Of a DNA stretch of 64,000 bases, positions 29,997 to 46,927 are shown in pieces (position 1 is the stretch's first letter; each line of letters starts with the position of its first letter). The notes under the pieces are model-generated. The model made no database searches. It saw only the letters and a list, made by a program, of their open reading frames with translations, and was not told the DNA's origin. Origin of the DNA: Eledone cirrhosa (lineage: Eukaryota). Both the position numbers and the translations under genes were made by a program. Where the stretch lies: positions 49,662,001 to 49,726,000 of the forward strand of contig OZ024750.1 in NCBI GenBank assembly GCA_964016885.1. The letters are read 5' to 3'.

Positions 29997-30170
29997 ATGT
30001 ATATATATATATATATATAAATAATAAGCTTGTCTCAGATCGAGACGATGTGAGAGTGTGTTTGAATAGATATAAAAATGAGTATATTCATTGCTAGAAC
30101 AGTTTTTTTAAATAGCTGAACGCTGTCAAAGACAGTGATTGTTAAAAATGCCCCGTTTACACACAGACAG

Positions 30171-30212
<42 letters not shown>

Positions 30213-30373
30213 TGTATGTCTTATGTTTGTTACATCGTTATTGGATCTACCTTGTTTGAAAAAAAGCTGATCTTGAAATTAACTTGCATTTGACTGACAC
30301 GCGTATCCTTGCTGTATTTCCTAGGTAGATTCATATAAATATATATATTCAAATATATACACATATATATGTA

Positions 30374-30412
<39 letters not shown>

Positions 30413-31346
30413 ACTTTTGTGTGTGGTTTTAAAAGAGAACACATTTTGGGCGTCTGTAGATTATGAGGAAATATTTTGCCTGTTTATGCATTTTGAGAAT
30501 CCGAAGTAAGTGTCTTCAATTCAATAGACGCCAGTATTTGTGAAGTAAATGTAACCTGCCTCTAAAGCACATTGACAACTGATGTTGCCGTTTGGCGCCG
30601 TCGAGATATTCTCTATATCAGTTTTCTTTATCTGCCTTGTTCTATTTTGTTTCTAACTAAGGAGTTTCCTCCATTCTTTATTATTGTCTGATCTTCATCT
30701 CTAGAGTTCCACTGTCATTTATATTGTCCATGAATATTGGATCTTGTTGAATGGCCATGTTATCTCCACTTTCTTATTTTCATTCTTATGTGGATATCGT
30801 AACTGTTTCCTTTGTGGCACAGAATAGTTTTGTAAACCTCTTCCTTTCTGATGTAAACTATGTATAGGATGCCCCATTTCTAGAGACTCTATTGTTCTCT
30901 CTGATTATTTAATTAACGTTTATGTAAAGATAGTAAATATTTATTAACTAGTGGATACGGAATGTGGCATACAAGTAAAGTTTGATACAAGAAACAGAAA
31001 ACTTCGTAGGTAAACGCCTTAATTCATTTAGTCGTTGTAACTACCGCATTTGCCTTTCCTAGATATTCTCCAAATGCTAATGACAACGGATCATAGTTCA
31101 TTCCATTAATTTAGCAGGAGTTTAAAATATTCCAAAAGCTTATGAAACGAAACTATCTTCTGACATTACGCATTATATATTATTACGAAATACAACATCT
31201 GCTGTATTTCCCTTCTCCGAAAGTTAGAAAATCAATAATCTTTACTTGCATAAACATTGAAATATTTCAAACGTGTCCATAGTTTGTACATAGCCACGAA
31301 ATAACAAGCACAGATATGAAATTATGTAAGCTTCTATGATATAATA

Positions 31347-31648
31347 TTGTTTCTACTTTTGGCACAAGGCCAGCAATTACCCATTGCATTACTGGTACTT
31401 TATTATATCGACCCCGGAAGGATGAAAGGCAAAGTTAACCTCGGCGAGATTAATATTGATTTAATATAAGGTGTGCAGAACGTTTCCACGTTCATTTCCT
31501 ATAAAATCCCATTATATTTTTTTACAAAAGTTACTGCCCTTGCCATTCTGAGTTCAACTTTGCCCTTCATCTTTACGGGGTCGATAAAATAAAGTACCAG
31601 TAATGCACTGGGTGATTACTGGCATTGTGCCAAAAGTAGAAACAATTA
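31347..31648. mobile_element. Two truncated SINE copies in opposite orientation (about 31347-31450 minus, 31535-31648 plus)
   Basis: Both match the SINE 3' half. Confidence 0.75.
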
Positions 31649-32191
31649 TATTTTTATACAAAAGAATGCAAAGTTTAACGTTAGTATTTCAGGTGTTTGT
31701 CGCGTTACTGTGGGTGTACATATATTATGCAAATAACACCGTAGCATTGGGGGTGGCGGAGTTAAATTCTTTTACATTAATAAACTAATATTTTCTTTTA
31801 CAAATGTTCCATCGTTCTATAATCATCCGAGTCAAATTTAGTCAATTGAAGTGTTTACATATTACCGGTCTACAATAATCCTCTTACATAAGTTTTAGCA
31901 AATATATGTAAAGCATTACACATCAGCACACTTTATTGCAATGATGTCCCTACGAGACAAATATCTTACAACTAAATATTCAGGAGAAGGATTTGAAATT
32001 GAGTTTGTAAGATCGAATGTTATAAATATATTTCCCTGGGCCGTTTGATAGATTGCTAACACAATATAGTGCAATGTATTTATTTATTCAACGATACTAT
32101 TTATATATACATATCGTTGCCTGTATGTGGGGTTATAATCATCAAATAAAGAACCCTCAATACATAAACATAGCCGTAGATATACTATATA

Positions 32192-34602
<2,411 letters not shown>

Positions 34603-34606
<4 letters not shown>

Positions 34607-34683
34607 TGTTTCTACTTTAGGCACAAGGCCAGCAATTACCCAGTGCATTACTGGTACTTTATTTTATCGACCCCGTAAGGATG
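34603..34683 (-). mobile_element. Truncated SINE inserted at the Dong (TAA)n tail
   Basis: AATTGTTTCTACTTTAGGCACAAGGCCAGC..CGACCCCGTAAGGATG. Confidence 0.8.
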
Positions 34684-37600
34684 ATTTCATTTATTCGCCA
34701 CAAGGGCCGACATATAGGGGACAATACAAAAGATTGGGACAGTGGGGTTTTACAGAAAAATCGAGTAAACAATATGAATAACAATAACAAATTAACAATA
34801 AAGCAACAAGAAAACTACAAGAAAAAATTCCCCAATAGGGGGGATGACCACCTAGCGTTCGCTCAGGTAACCCACCAGTCCTGAATGACCCAACGCTTCG
34901 AGAGAACCCTGGAAGGGCACTCCTCTCCTCTTCAAATTTACTTACCTACAGCCGCATGACCAGAGTAGGCCCACTTACACGGGCCATTCTCGCCACATTC
35001 ACCCACCTTTCAGCAAATGTACTGGGGGCCAGCACTTCTCTCTCCACACTCACCTTCCTTTCCAAGTGAAACTTGAAAAAGTTGATGAGGGATTGGCCGA
35101 AGAGAAAAGAGTATGTCTTCAGTCCTTTCAACCTCGTCCAACATACAATCTATTTCGCTACTGCCACGAGACAGAGGAAAAGTGCCTGCCCTTCCTGGAC
35201 AAAATAAGGCGGCGGGTCGAACTTCACTATGGACTCGGCCGATAGCCGGATCCGTTCTACACGCGACAACAACTGTTCAACATAATTCCACATGTCAGTA
35301 ATGCACGGACACTGGACAAGTGCGTGCAGAACAGTTTCGTCGCTCTGCGCGCATCTCGGGCAGGTCCGTCTGACAGCATTTCCGTGCCTGTAAAGTTTAT
35401 CTCGAACGGGCAGTGCCCTCAGTAGCACTGCCAAGCGAGGGATTTTTGTAAATTATCCATCGTCCCCGGCTCGAAAGTCCTCCGGTACAGACTGGTTAGT
35501 TCGACTTCGGTGACTCCCAGAGCCTCGCCGAGTGCGTCGTCGCACTTGCCCACCACTAAACCTCTATAGAACTCGAGAGTGGAAGTTCCACTGACCGCAT
35601 TGCCCGCCTGGTAGAGGGCAGTGAGTGCCTGGCAACATTCCAGATGCCAGTCACCCAGTCTCGGTCCCTTCTTGACCCAGGACTGCAACTCAGTCAAAGA
35701 AACGAGCTTCGGAAAGGCCCCTCTGACAAACGGCGACCACACCTGATCACCGTTTAGGCAGAATATCTGGAGATGCCGCAGCCTCAGCGCGTGCCTGCGC
35801 ATCATTAGCCACGGCATGCCCAGCCCTCCACGTAGAGGGTGCTGGCAGCAGATGGACCGCCTCACCAGCGGAACCTGACCCCTCCACAATAATTTGAAGA
35901 GGAGCCGCTCCAAGATGGCGAGGCGCGAACGTGGGCAAGGGACGACACAAAGACGGTAGTAGATGACGGACGCGATGTACGCGTTCGCCACCTCCGCCCG
36001 ACCTTTCAGTGATATCTTCATCCCCGCCTATTTCTGGGTGAGACTGACTACCCTTCCCGTCACCTCGTCCCAATTCTTATCCAACTGGAGGTCTGGCCAA
36101 AACTAAACCCCTAGCAACTTTACCGCTCCGTCCGTCCAGCGCCTAACGACGCTGTTGGACGGCATGGACTTGCCTCTCCAGGTGCCGAGATGCAAGCCCA
36201 CTGACTTTTTGGGTTAAGTGTTGCTCCCGTCAACCTTTCATATTCCTCCAATTAGTTGCCGACCACCTCGATTTCTGAGGTGACCGACACCATCACGGTG
36301 ATGTCCTCCGCATAAGCCGACACAGCCTTTCCGCGTCCCGGTTCGAGGGGGATGCTCTGCAACAGCTCCAGCTTCCGCAGTAAAGCTCGAGAGTCCATAC
36401 GTACAGAAGGGGGGGGGGAGAAGGCACCCTTGGTGGACCGATCGGGAGACCTGAAACGGTTCCGAGAGGTGGCCATTAATTTTGACCATCGAGCAGGTGC
36501 CGCTGTGCATTGCAGCGATCGAGCTTCTGAAGACGGGGCCGAAGCCAGCCGCCTTGAGGACAGCCTCCAGGTACCGATTATCGACCCTATCGAATGCTTT
36601 CCATTGTTCTAAATTGATCAGAGCCCCACCGAAGCCAGGTTTAAACCCTACCCTCTCTATGATGTATCGCATTAGGTGGAGGTTGTTGTGTATGGACCTG
36701 GTTGGGATTGCGCAAATTTGCGCCTCCCAACCAAATCCCCGACGACAAGCGCCAACCTCTTCGCTAACACCCGGGCCAAAATCTTAGACTCTGTGGAGAG
36801 CAGAATTATGGGCCTGAAATTGTCTAATGTTTCCCTCTTGTTCTCGTCTTTCCTTATCAGCGTCACTACGCCCCGGCTCACAGAACTGGAAATACTCCCG
36901 TTTTACTGCCAGTTGCAGTAGAGGGCTTCGAGGAGATTGGAGAACAAGTCTAGCATATTTATGTAAAGCTCGTAGGGCACACCATTCAAACCGGGTGATT
37001 TGCGCCTCATGCAGCCGACAAGGGCATCCTGAATCTCGGCTGAAGTAATTGGCTTTCGCAACTCCCAGCGTCAGCCGTCGAGAGTTGCGGCAAGCCATCG
37101 AGGTAGGGACTGATGTCCGCCACCATCTCTGACCCGCCACTTCCCCCGAAACAACCGAGCAAAATGTTGGCGAAAGGCCTCACACATCCTCTTGGAATCG
37201 CTCAGCTCGTGCCCGTCTCGGTCCGTCAAAGACCGAATCGTGGTTTTATTACCACGCTGCGCCTCTGCCACGCGGGCCCATCGAACAGCTTTGGTTCCCT
37301 CGTTTCTCAGAGCACGCGCCTTAGCTCTGACAATGCAACCTTCGTGTTTCGCATTGAAGAAATGAACTAATGCCATTCTATTGGGACGGTATCCGTCCCC
37401 TCCACAATAACACATCTCAGAAGCCACCACATGTCAAGTCCTGGTGGGATTATGGGAAGGCGGAGAATGGGAGGGTACATTATGACCTTGCTTGTTTTGC
37501 AAGGTGTCATAGCGTGTTTCATAGCGAGGTCTGACTTAAACAGCACCGAAATCGTGCCGTATTGTCTGCCTCTCGCTATGATTTCGGTGACATCTTTGAT

Positions 37601-38330
37601 GCACCTCAGCACAACTTCGACCTCTGCTTCTGGAATTAAAGCTGCCCTCTTGGTTTCCGCTGAGATGCATCTGTAATGCACCGTTCGCCGCTCCTCTGCT
37701 TCAATATTTTCTACCGGGACAGTTTAGTTGGCCCAGGTTTGCTCTTTCTTGATGAGCTTCCAGGCCTGGGCCACCATTTCATCTTTGTTCGAGATATCCA
37801 TACTGAAGCATGGCCTCATATTGGCTGCTGCCGCAGCGAAAGTGTTCTTCTTCTTTCCGTTGGTTGTGTTGTTGTTGTTGTCGTTGTTTTTGTTGGTGTT
37901 GTTGCTGTTATCACTGTTGTTGCTATCATTGTTGTCTTTAGTGCCGCAGTTGTTGTTGTTTTCGGTGCAGTTGGTATTGTTGCTGTTGACGCTGTCTCCG
38001 TTTAGGTTCTGATTATTGGTGTCAATTTCGTTGTTGTTTTCTTTCGTTGATATTGTTGCTGCTGCTGCTATTGTTATTGTTGTTGTTGCTGTTGTTGTGA
38101 TTGTCACTGTTGTTGATATTGTCGTCTTTTGTTATCGTTCTTTCTATTGTTGGTGTTGTTGTCATTATTGCAGTTATTATTGGTTTTGCTGTCGTTGTTG
38201 CTGATGCTGCTGTCGATCTCGTTCACGACTGTTTTCTTTTTTACTGTTTTTGGTAATGTCGCTGTTGCTGCGCTTGTCATTTTTTTTCTGCATGTTGTTG
38301 GTGCTGGTGTTGGCGATAATGACTGATGTG
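34684..38330 (-). mobile_element. L1/Tx1-clade LINE remnant: frameshifted ORF2 (RT, C-terminal zinc finger) and upstream Asn-rich ORF1-like region; no endonuclease domain seen
   Basis: NFRPIILL..KILARVLAKRL, KAFDRVD, SAYAEDIT, GGLGMP and CPRC..ETVLHALVQC. GC-rich. Upstream NNN..KKNTFAAAA segment. Confidence 0.85.
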
Positions 38331-38390
38331 TTGTTACATTTTAAAATTGTTGCGGGAGTTAAATCGTTACTAATATCATTTTAATATAAT

Positions 38391-38581
38391 TGTTTCTACT
38401 TTTGGCACAAGGCCAGCAATTACCCAGTGCATTACTGGTACTTTATTTTTTCGAGCCCGTACGGATTAAAGGCAAAGTTAACCTCGGCGGGATTTGAACT
38501 CAGAATGGCTAGGGCCGTAACTCTATGCGTCGAAGCATGGCGTCCGACTCTCTACCGATACTGCCAATCCCACCTTGTGCC
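38391..38581 (-). mobile_element. Full-length tRNA-derived SINE with a 16-bp target-site duplication
   Basis: TSD ATCATTTTAATATAAT at 38375-38390 and 38582-38597. A-box TGGCAGTATCGG, B-box GAGTTCAAATCC. Confidence 0.9.
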
Positions 38582-39265
38582 ATCATTTTAATATAATGTT
38601 TTAATATCATGTTAATAAAGATTTTCTTTCAAACACAGAAAACTTTAAATATTTGGGCGAAAAGGCCCAAATATTTCTGGGAGTCCTTTCTTAGGGGCAA
38701 AGACTAAAGTCTTATTTCCCGTTTGAAACAAAAATATTAATGACAAATATATTTCAAACCGTTAAACAAAACAAACATAATAACTAACGATAGTACGTCC
38801 ACTTGCTTCAACAACCAAAAATAATAATGCAAGGGCGATTTGTTGTCTTCATCACTTGTATTGATTGGTCACGCGTGTTTCGCTATTGACCAGCTCAAGT
38901 TTAGATCTATATCAATCTGCCCCGACTCTGGCATCAAACGACCGTCGGACCTCTGCATTTGTAATTGCAGAATTTACCCACACACACACACATATACATC
39001 TCTCTCTCTCTATCTATCTATCTATATATATATATATATACTACCCTAAGTATTGAGTACTTTGGTGCGTTATGGTCCACCTGGTTCCTTACCACATTTC
39101 CTTCGTTATCTATATATATATATATATATTATGAAAGTAAAACAAAAAGCCTTCAATACTTTCATAATTCTTCGGCTCTGTTTAACTACATTGAGCTATA
39201 CCTTTTACTGTCATTTCTATAATACGAAGAGGGTGTTTAACTTCAACACGATCCAGTATTTTAAT

Positions 39266-39326
<61 letters not shown>

Positions 39327-39548
39327 TACACGCATTCATATAATCCATGTGCCTCCTACCTCTATCTCTATACATCATACTGTACAATTTCACGACAGCT
39401 CCCAATGTTTTGCCATATGTTTACTATAATATCATTTTGTTACTCTTGATTATCACTGATATTATATCACTGACACTGTTCATAATATCATATCTCAATG
39501 AATGTTCTAAAGACTAGGAATATAATTACTTGTTTAAACAGTGTGTAA

Positions 39549-39593
39549 GGTCCGATGAAGGCAGACAATTATCTGGAAGAAACGATCGTCACC
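39549..39593 (+). ncRNA. Minimal hammerhead motif (U4C variant)
   Basis: GGT-CCGATGA-aggCAGA-caatta-TCTGgaa-GAAA-CGATCG-TC-ACC. Confidence 0.6.
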
Positions 39594-39779
39594 AATTAAA
39601 TGTATTAAGGGAAAATGTGATTTGTTTATATTTTACATCTCTGTAATACATCTGATAATTTGCATTGTGTTATCCTCTAGCTGGTAGTCGGGCAGTGCAG
39701 CATATTACACTTTCATATTAATAATTATATTTAACACATATATAAGTATAAATGATATTATTAGTTTATATATACATAA

Positions 39780-39896
39780 GGTTAAACAATTGTTATCGGT
39801 ATGCTGAACTAACTGTTGAGTTACTACTTCTACCAAACTTGTCCCATGGACTGAGTGCTCTACTACTACGGATATTAACTCCCAGTGTTCGACCTC
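39780..39896 (+). mobile_element. Solo 3'-terminal fragment of PLE family A
   Basis: Matches 27381-27492 (AACAATTGTT..GAACTAACTGTTG..GGACTGAGTGCTCTAC..CCAGTG). Confidence 0.75.
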
Positions 39897-39914
39897 TATA
39901 TATATATACTTATG

Positions 39915-39978
<64 letters not shown>

Positions 39979-40153
39979 CATATATATATATATATATGTA
40001 GGAGGTGAGTTTTATTGTAGTACAATCAAGCAATGTAGATATCGGATAAGAAGCACTCTACAGTTTGTAGGACTGGAGTATACATAATATATAAGTTGAT
40101 TAAAAACTGAACTATCCACAAGTGTTTTTTAACCTTCGTATCATGTCCTCCTG

Positions 40154-40220
40154 TTTTATCTGATGAGAAAACAAATATTATTGCATGATGATATTTATTT
40201 TTGAAATGCGTATAATAAAA
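40154..40220 (+). ncRNA. Type-I hammerhead motif
   Basis: TTTTAT-CTGATGA-GAAAAcAAATATTA..TGATATTTaTTTTT-GAAA-TGCGTA-TA-ATAAAA. Confidence 0.7.
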
Positions 40221-40252
40221 TACATGGAACTCTTTTAACCATCTTTTGTTCT

Positions 40253-40327
<75 letters not shown>

Positions 40328-40439
40328 CAAAGAGATATTTAATTTGTTGGTAATTCAACAAATTTATTATGACATATTCGAAGCCCTCAACAGTTACTGG
40401 TTACTGGGGTATGTCACAGGTTTAGAAAAGAACTCACAG

Positions 40440-41320
40440 CTTTCTTTAAATGCTTCAACCTCTCCATACAACTTGACGACTTGAGGTTTGGAGGGATATC
40501 ACGACACCAACGTTGTCGACAAAATTTACAAATGTCTTGGCGAGAACCGCCGTGTATTTCTTCTAACGATTGCTAAACAATATCAAGTGAGTGAAGGCAC
40601 TGTGCACAGAACCATACGCAAAGTTTGGTTTGAGCAACGTTCGTTGTCATGGCCCGTAGATGACTGCCGGGAGATGGTCGGGTGGATCGCTTTGAACCCA
40701 AATGTTCTCGAGTTTCTGGTAACCTGTAACGAGTCCTGGGTCTATTGTTATGATCCAGAGACTAAATGAGAGAGACCCCAGTGGAAACATTTTCTCCGAA
40801 AGACCCAAGAATGCCAGACAAAGCAGCTCCCCGGGGAAGCATATGACGATCCCTTTCGTCGACAACAATGGCATCACAACCAGACAGTCAGCAAAGAGTA
40901 CTATGTTTTGGGGCAGTTCAAAAAGTGATTTCATCGCAAATGACCAGAACTCCTTAATTCTTTTGAGTGGTACATCAACGAATTCAATGACCCCCTACCA
41001 CACATTTATCCTGATGACCAACTACCTTCCTGCGATGAGGATCAAGACTGTCCCTCATACTCTATACAGCTCAGGCATAACCCCGTGCGGTTTCTGAATG
41101 TTGCCGAAGCTGAATGGGAAGCTGAAGTGTATCTCCTTTGATGATGCAGAGGAGATGATGGCGGCTGTTACTTGAGAGAGGTACATGGGGAGCTTCCGGA
41201 AGTGGCAGGAGCGATACAACAAGTGCAATGATGTTGGCAGAACCTACTTTAAGGGAAACCAAAAATATGCGTTTACCTGAAATATAAATGCCTCCTTGAT
41301 AAAAGAATCAAAACCCCTTT
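40440..41320 (+). pseudogene. Degenerate mariner (Tc1/mariner) transposase
   Basis: LVTCNESWVYCYDPETK matches the VTGDETWVYxYDPETK motif, and HTLYSSGITPCGF matches HPPYSPDLAPCDF. Multiple stops and frameshifts. Confidence 0.8.
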
Positions 41321-41550
41321 AGTATATCTCGTATATATATAGAGAGAGAAATTTCGTATTTCTAAAGAAACATGGTATTTTTACAGGTAAACATTTAGAA
41401 AGTCGTAGCTATGCAAAAAGCACAGGGGCAGTGGTCGTGTCCAGCATAGGTATTAGCTTTCTAAATGTTTACCTGTAAACATACCATTTTTCCTTAGAAA
41501 TATGAAATGTCTATGCATATCTGTATACAAGCATGCCTGAAGCTAAATCC

Positions 41551-41621
<71 letters not shown>

Positions 41622-41663
41622 GATATTAAATAAATGGAAACTATATTTATAAAACCATATTTA

Positions 41664-41725
41664 TTTCATTATATATATTTCAGGGATATCATATTAAAAA
41701 TATGTTATGCCTTCTTCAGACAAAA
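41664..41725 (-). ncRNA. Type-I hammerhead motif
   Basis: Minus strand TTTTGT-CTGAAGA-AGGcATAaCATATT-ttt-AATATGaTATcCCT-GAAA-TATATA-TA-ATGAAA. Confidence 0.65.
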
Positions 41726-41882
41726 TACAATATAAACAGTCTTATAAATAGACATATTCGACATACCTTTCAACTTCGACTTCTTTAATATCGTAAATAT
41801 ACTCCAAATACTTGTTGAGTGCTTTTATATCAGTTATAAATATTTACTCGTTGTTAACCCAACAATTTAAATAAAACTTTGC

Positions 41883-41924
<42 letters not shown>

Positions 41925-41926
<2 letters not shown>

Positions 41927-44900
41927 TGTTATACTTGGGGAGGGTCATATTTGTGTAATATTGCCAGAATTAATAACAGAACGCACTCACTGTTTGGTTG
42001 GTTTTCGCTTCTCGCTTCTGTGTCTTTTATATCTGCAATCTAACTTACTCGGTCCTCAATGTCGCCATTGACTGACCGACGGTCAAAAATAATACAGATA
42101 CAATATAGACACAAACACATATATATAGTTTATCATAAATCTTTCGTTGCACATCTGCAACATCGTCAGTGGTTCTATTGTATCCTCCTGTTGAATTGTA
42201 TGACTACGCCATTTTTATTCAGTCTGTCTATATATTTATTTATTTATTTGTTTGTTTGTTTATTTTATTTTGTCTTCTTTGCGCATGCGTTTGCGTGTGT
42301 GTATATTGTTTTGTTTGATGTGTGATGTGTGTTCGTGATTGGGTGACTAATGTGTGTTTATGTGTTTGTTGTTATTGTGCTTGTGTATGTATTTATTTAT
42401 TTATTTATTTATTTTATTTTATTTTATTTACTTATTTATACTTCTCTTGGGTCAGTGTTGTTTGTTTGGGTGTTGTTGTTATTCCATTCATTCTTTCTGT
42501 TTAGTTTTGGTCTTCTAATTTCTATTTCATTGGCCTCTCTGATTTGCCTATCTGCTGAGTCATTTATATGTTTAGATATTATTCTAATTTCTATGTTGTC
42601 TATGTTACCGTCATGTTGTTGTCTGGCATGTTCGTATAGTACTCACCCGTTTTTTCGTCCTTTTAGTTCCCCCCAGTGTTGGTATATCCTTTCATCTATG
42701 CTAAGAGCGGTCTCACCTATGTATGTTGTTGTCATGTTTTTGCAGGTGCCCTCTGTACATCTTATGCTATAGACTACGTTTCTAGTTTTATAGTTTATCC
42801 GGGGGTTTACCTTACATATGATACATTTCCTATTGGTACAGTGGGTTTTCTTAAAAGGGTAGGTTTTGCTGATCAGGGATTTTATGGTGATTCCTGGCTT
42901 TTCTACCACCTTAATTTTTAAGTGGGTCTTTCTCAGGGCCTTTCTACAGTGGTTAGCTAATTCCCCTCCAGGGGTAGCATCCACAAACATGACACACTGG
43001 TATCTCTGGTTGTCGTACCATGAGGTGGCTTTCCCTATCTTATGTCTTGCCCTATCTAAGCTATTCCATGATTTGTTCCTTTATAATGGGTAAATTCCTT
43101 TCATGTCCAGTTCTATGAGGGTCTTATACTTCTCCATGGCTCCTTCGTATACTCTGACTCTGTCTCTTTGGTTGTAGCCAGAGAACTGCATGCGGTTGAT
43201 GAAGTGTTGGATGTGTCTTTCCATTTCTGTTGGGTCGCACATGCGGGACACATTCTTCATCACTCGTACCAAATCTGCGATCAGAATATTAAACTTAGCA
43301 CTACTGGACATTGTTGAGTTTTTGAGTATCAGGTATTTGGAGGCCATGGGTTTAGCATAGTGGGAGTGGAGAATTTGGGCTCTCTCGTCTATTGTGTTAA
43401 TCCAGAGTTCTGTGTCTAATACAGGTAGTCTATTGTTAGGGTGTTTGGAAGGGAAGTCGATAGTTACAGTTATACTCTGGTGTATGGAATTAGCTATCTG
43501 CTGGTTGCTTTCAATTGTGCTACGTTCTAAATCAAACTTGTTAGTGATCTCTAGTGGGGATGTTCTTATAACTATATTGATATCGTCTACATAACGAGAG
43601 TACATGATGAGGTCTATGGAGCTCTCATTAAGGAGATCTTTAAGTCTCCTTTCCCACCTTACCATGAAAAGGTTGGCAACATCACCAGCTATGCTGACGC
43701 CAATGGCTGCTAATTCATTTTGGGTATAGAGCTTCTTGTTGAACTTAAATATGTGGCCCTTGAGGGTAGTTTTGATACTAGCCCCTATTGCATGTGCGAC
43801 CATTTTTCTTACCTGATCATTGTTTTGGGGGTCCGTATAGCTTTAGTCCAACCAATCCACCTTCCCATGGGAGTCGTTTTTGCCATTGAGTTTATGGTGG
43901 GGGGTCTACCTCTGATGGGTCTACTAGGGCAGAAGCGTCTAAGATCATGGCTGTCTAGGTAGTCAGTGTCGTAGGTAAGTCTAAGTAGGAGGCCCAGTTC
44001 GTCTGTGTCGACGTCGCAGAACTCCACCTCACTCTCAATGATCATCTCCACACATTTGTTCACAGCAAAATCAATGTTAATGGATGGGTACAGTGACACC
44101 ACATCCATGCAGCCTATTATGCAGTTGGATAGGTTCCTGTTTTTGTTGCACTCACTGATTCTGCTGAGGAGGTCCTCTGTACTGTCACATACATCCGGGG
44201 ACATCTTAATTATGGGGCGTATAACCATTGAGAGGAAGTAGGAGATCCTGTAGTTACTAGCTATATTAGCTCCGCATACGGGTTTTGTTGGTGGTCCTGT
44301 TGTCGGGTGGTCGACTGTCCTGTGGTCTTTGCGGAGCCCATACAAGAGCGGTATGCCATTCTTAGACGCTTGGAGGGTACCTGCAGAAACATGACAACAA
44401 CATACATAAGCGAGACAGCTCGTAGCATAGGTGAAAGGATAGACCAACACTGGGGGGAACTAAAAGGACGAAAAAACGGGTGAGTACTATACGAACATGC
44501 CAGACAACAACATGACGGTAACATAGACAACATAGTAATTAGAATAATATCTAAACATAGAAATGACCCAGCAGATAGGCAAATCAGAGAGGCCAGTGAA
44601 ATAGAAATTAGAAGACCAAAACTAAACAGAAAGAATTTAATGGAATAACAACAACACCCAAACAAACAACACTGACCTAAGAGAAGTATAAATAAGTAAA
44701 TAAAATAAAATAAAATAAAATAAATAAATAAATAAATGAATACATACACAAGCACAATAACAACAAACACATAAACACACATTAGTCACCCAGTCACGAA
44801 CACACATCACACATCAAACAAAACACTATACACACACGCAAACTCATGCGCAAAGAAGACAAAATAAAATAAACAAACAAGAAAATAAACAAATAAATAT

Positions 44901-45245
44901 ATAGACAGACTGAATAAAAATGGTGTAGCCATACAATTCAACAGGATGAAACAATAGAACCACTGATGATGTTGCAGATGTGCAACGAAAATTTATGATA
45001 AACTCTATATATGTGTTTGTGTCTATATTGTATCTGTATTATTTTTGACCGTCGGTCAGTCAATGGCAACATTGAGGACCGAGTAAGTTAGATTACCGAT
45101 ATAAAAGACACAGAAGCGAGAAGCGAAACCATCCAAACAGTGAGTGTGTTCTGTTATTAATTCTGGCAATATTACACAAATATGACTCTCCCCAAGTATA
45201 ACAATATTTGTTTCGACACACGATTTCATATAAAAAACCTCGCCA

Positions 45246-45250
<5 letters not shown>
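41925..45250 (-). mobile_element. Penelope-like element family B (minus-strand RT + GIY-YIG, about 41925-44372) with an inverted duplicate of its 3' about 850 bp (44373-45250, plus)
   Basis: RT motifs MDVVSLYPSI, AIGVSIAGDVANLFM, YSRYVDD and LPVLD. GIY-YIG VVYSIRC..YIGET. Mirrored termini in (TA)n. Confidence 0.9.
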
Positions 45251-45300
<50 letters not shown>

Positions 45301-45309
45301 TACATATTA

Positions 45310-45350
<41 letters not shown>

Positions 45351-45644
45351 TATATACATATATATACATATATATATATATATATACATATATATAGTAA
45401 TAATAATAAATTTAAAGACCTAAAATCGAAAGAGGGCTCGATAAGTATAAATATATATCAAATATATAAGAACCGTAGTGCAAATATTTATTAAATTAAC
45501 AGATTAAATGTTAAGCAAAGAATCGCTGCTTTCACCCTTAACGGGATCTTCTGAAACTAACAAAGTCAATCTGTAAACGAGGAAGTGGATATTTTAAAAA
45601 ACGTTGCAGCCGGAGGAAGACAGGAAGACGATACTTTTGTTCGT

Positions 45645-45907
45645 GGGAACGTTCCCTGGCACAGAACGGGAAAATACGAATATAATACGTCATTAATAGG
45701 AGCGGTGAAAAACAATTACACGCAAGGACAGAACCACGTTTATGGTATAAAAGAGGTCGTAGACTAATGTTCTCTTACGTGGTTCATAGAGGCGTTCTCT
45801 GGCAATGAACGGAAAAAACGAAGATAGTACGTCATATGTGGAGCGTGGAGAACAATTGCACGCAAAGACAAAACCACGTAAATGGTATAACCGAATTCGT
45901 AGACTAA
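45645..45907 (+). repeat. Diverged tandem duplication of about 140 bp
   Basis: Both copies contain AACGG.AAAA.ACGAA..TACGTCAT..GGAGCG..AACAATT.CACGCAA..ACCACGT..ATGGTATAA..TCGTAGACTAA. Confidence 0.7.
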
Positions 45908-46393
45908 AATTCTATCTAGGAAACCGAATGATTCTCCGCTTCAGAGATAAGAATAAAGTAAAATACAGAGGTAAATGAAATTAAATAAATACATACGCGC
46001 ATCCGAATACGTACATACATAAGCATACGCGAAAACACCTGCCATAGGTATACAAATACACGCACATATAAATATGTGTGTGGGTGTGTGCGTATGACAG
46101 AACAAAAGAGAGGCACAAAAACAAAGAAAATAATCCCCATTCACTGAAGAGGTCACATAATGTGTCTCGAAAGAACTTTGACAATATAGAAAAACCGTCC
46201 GGTTATGGAACCAAGCCACCAACCGGACGTGTATAAATTCTTAAATTTATAAAATTAATTTAAAATAAATTGGAGTGAAAACAATTAGTGCGTGTGTTTC
46301 TTATTGGCAACATGACCCTCCCAAAGCATAACAATATCGGTTTCAACACACGTTTTCAGATAAAGAATCTTGCTAAACAAATTCAGAAACGAA

Positions 46394-46429
<36 letters not shown>

Positions 46430-46863
46430 ACGTACATACATATATGTATACAGACGTACAGTAGTATTTATATACATACATACACACATATATATACATA
46501 TGTACGTATGGGATTTCGAATATGTATTATAATGCTCGGTTTGTTTGTAAACAAACTGCCCACATTATTAGCCGTACAATGTTCGGTAATCATCCTGGCC
46601 ATTTTGTTCAACCCTGACAAAGGAACGATGAACTAGTTTCTAGTTTATTAGCTGTCATCAGCACTGTATACCTTCCTGTCAGTTGATTGAACGTTTGAAA
46701 GAATACGGTGCTGATGACAGCTAATAAGCTAGAAACTAGTTCATCGTTCCTTTGTCAGTGTTGAACAAAATGGCAACGATGGTTGCCGAACACTGTACGG
46801 CTAATATTTTGGGCTGTTTGCAAAGAAACCGAGCATTATAATAAATGTTCGGAAAACCCATAC

Positions 46864-46927
<64 letters not shown>

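Noticed and set aside
45515-45557. Minus-strand CAGAAGA-TCCC-GTTAA-GGGT-GAAA hammerhead candidate
   Set aside because: The core is mutated, and there is no valid UH site or stem I.
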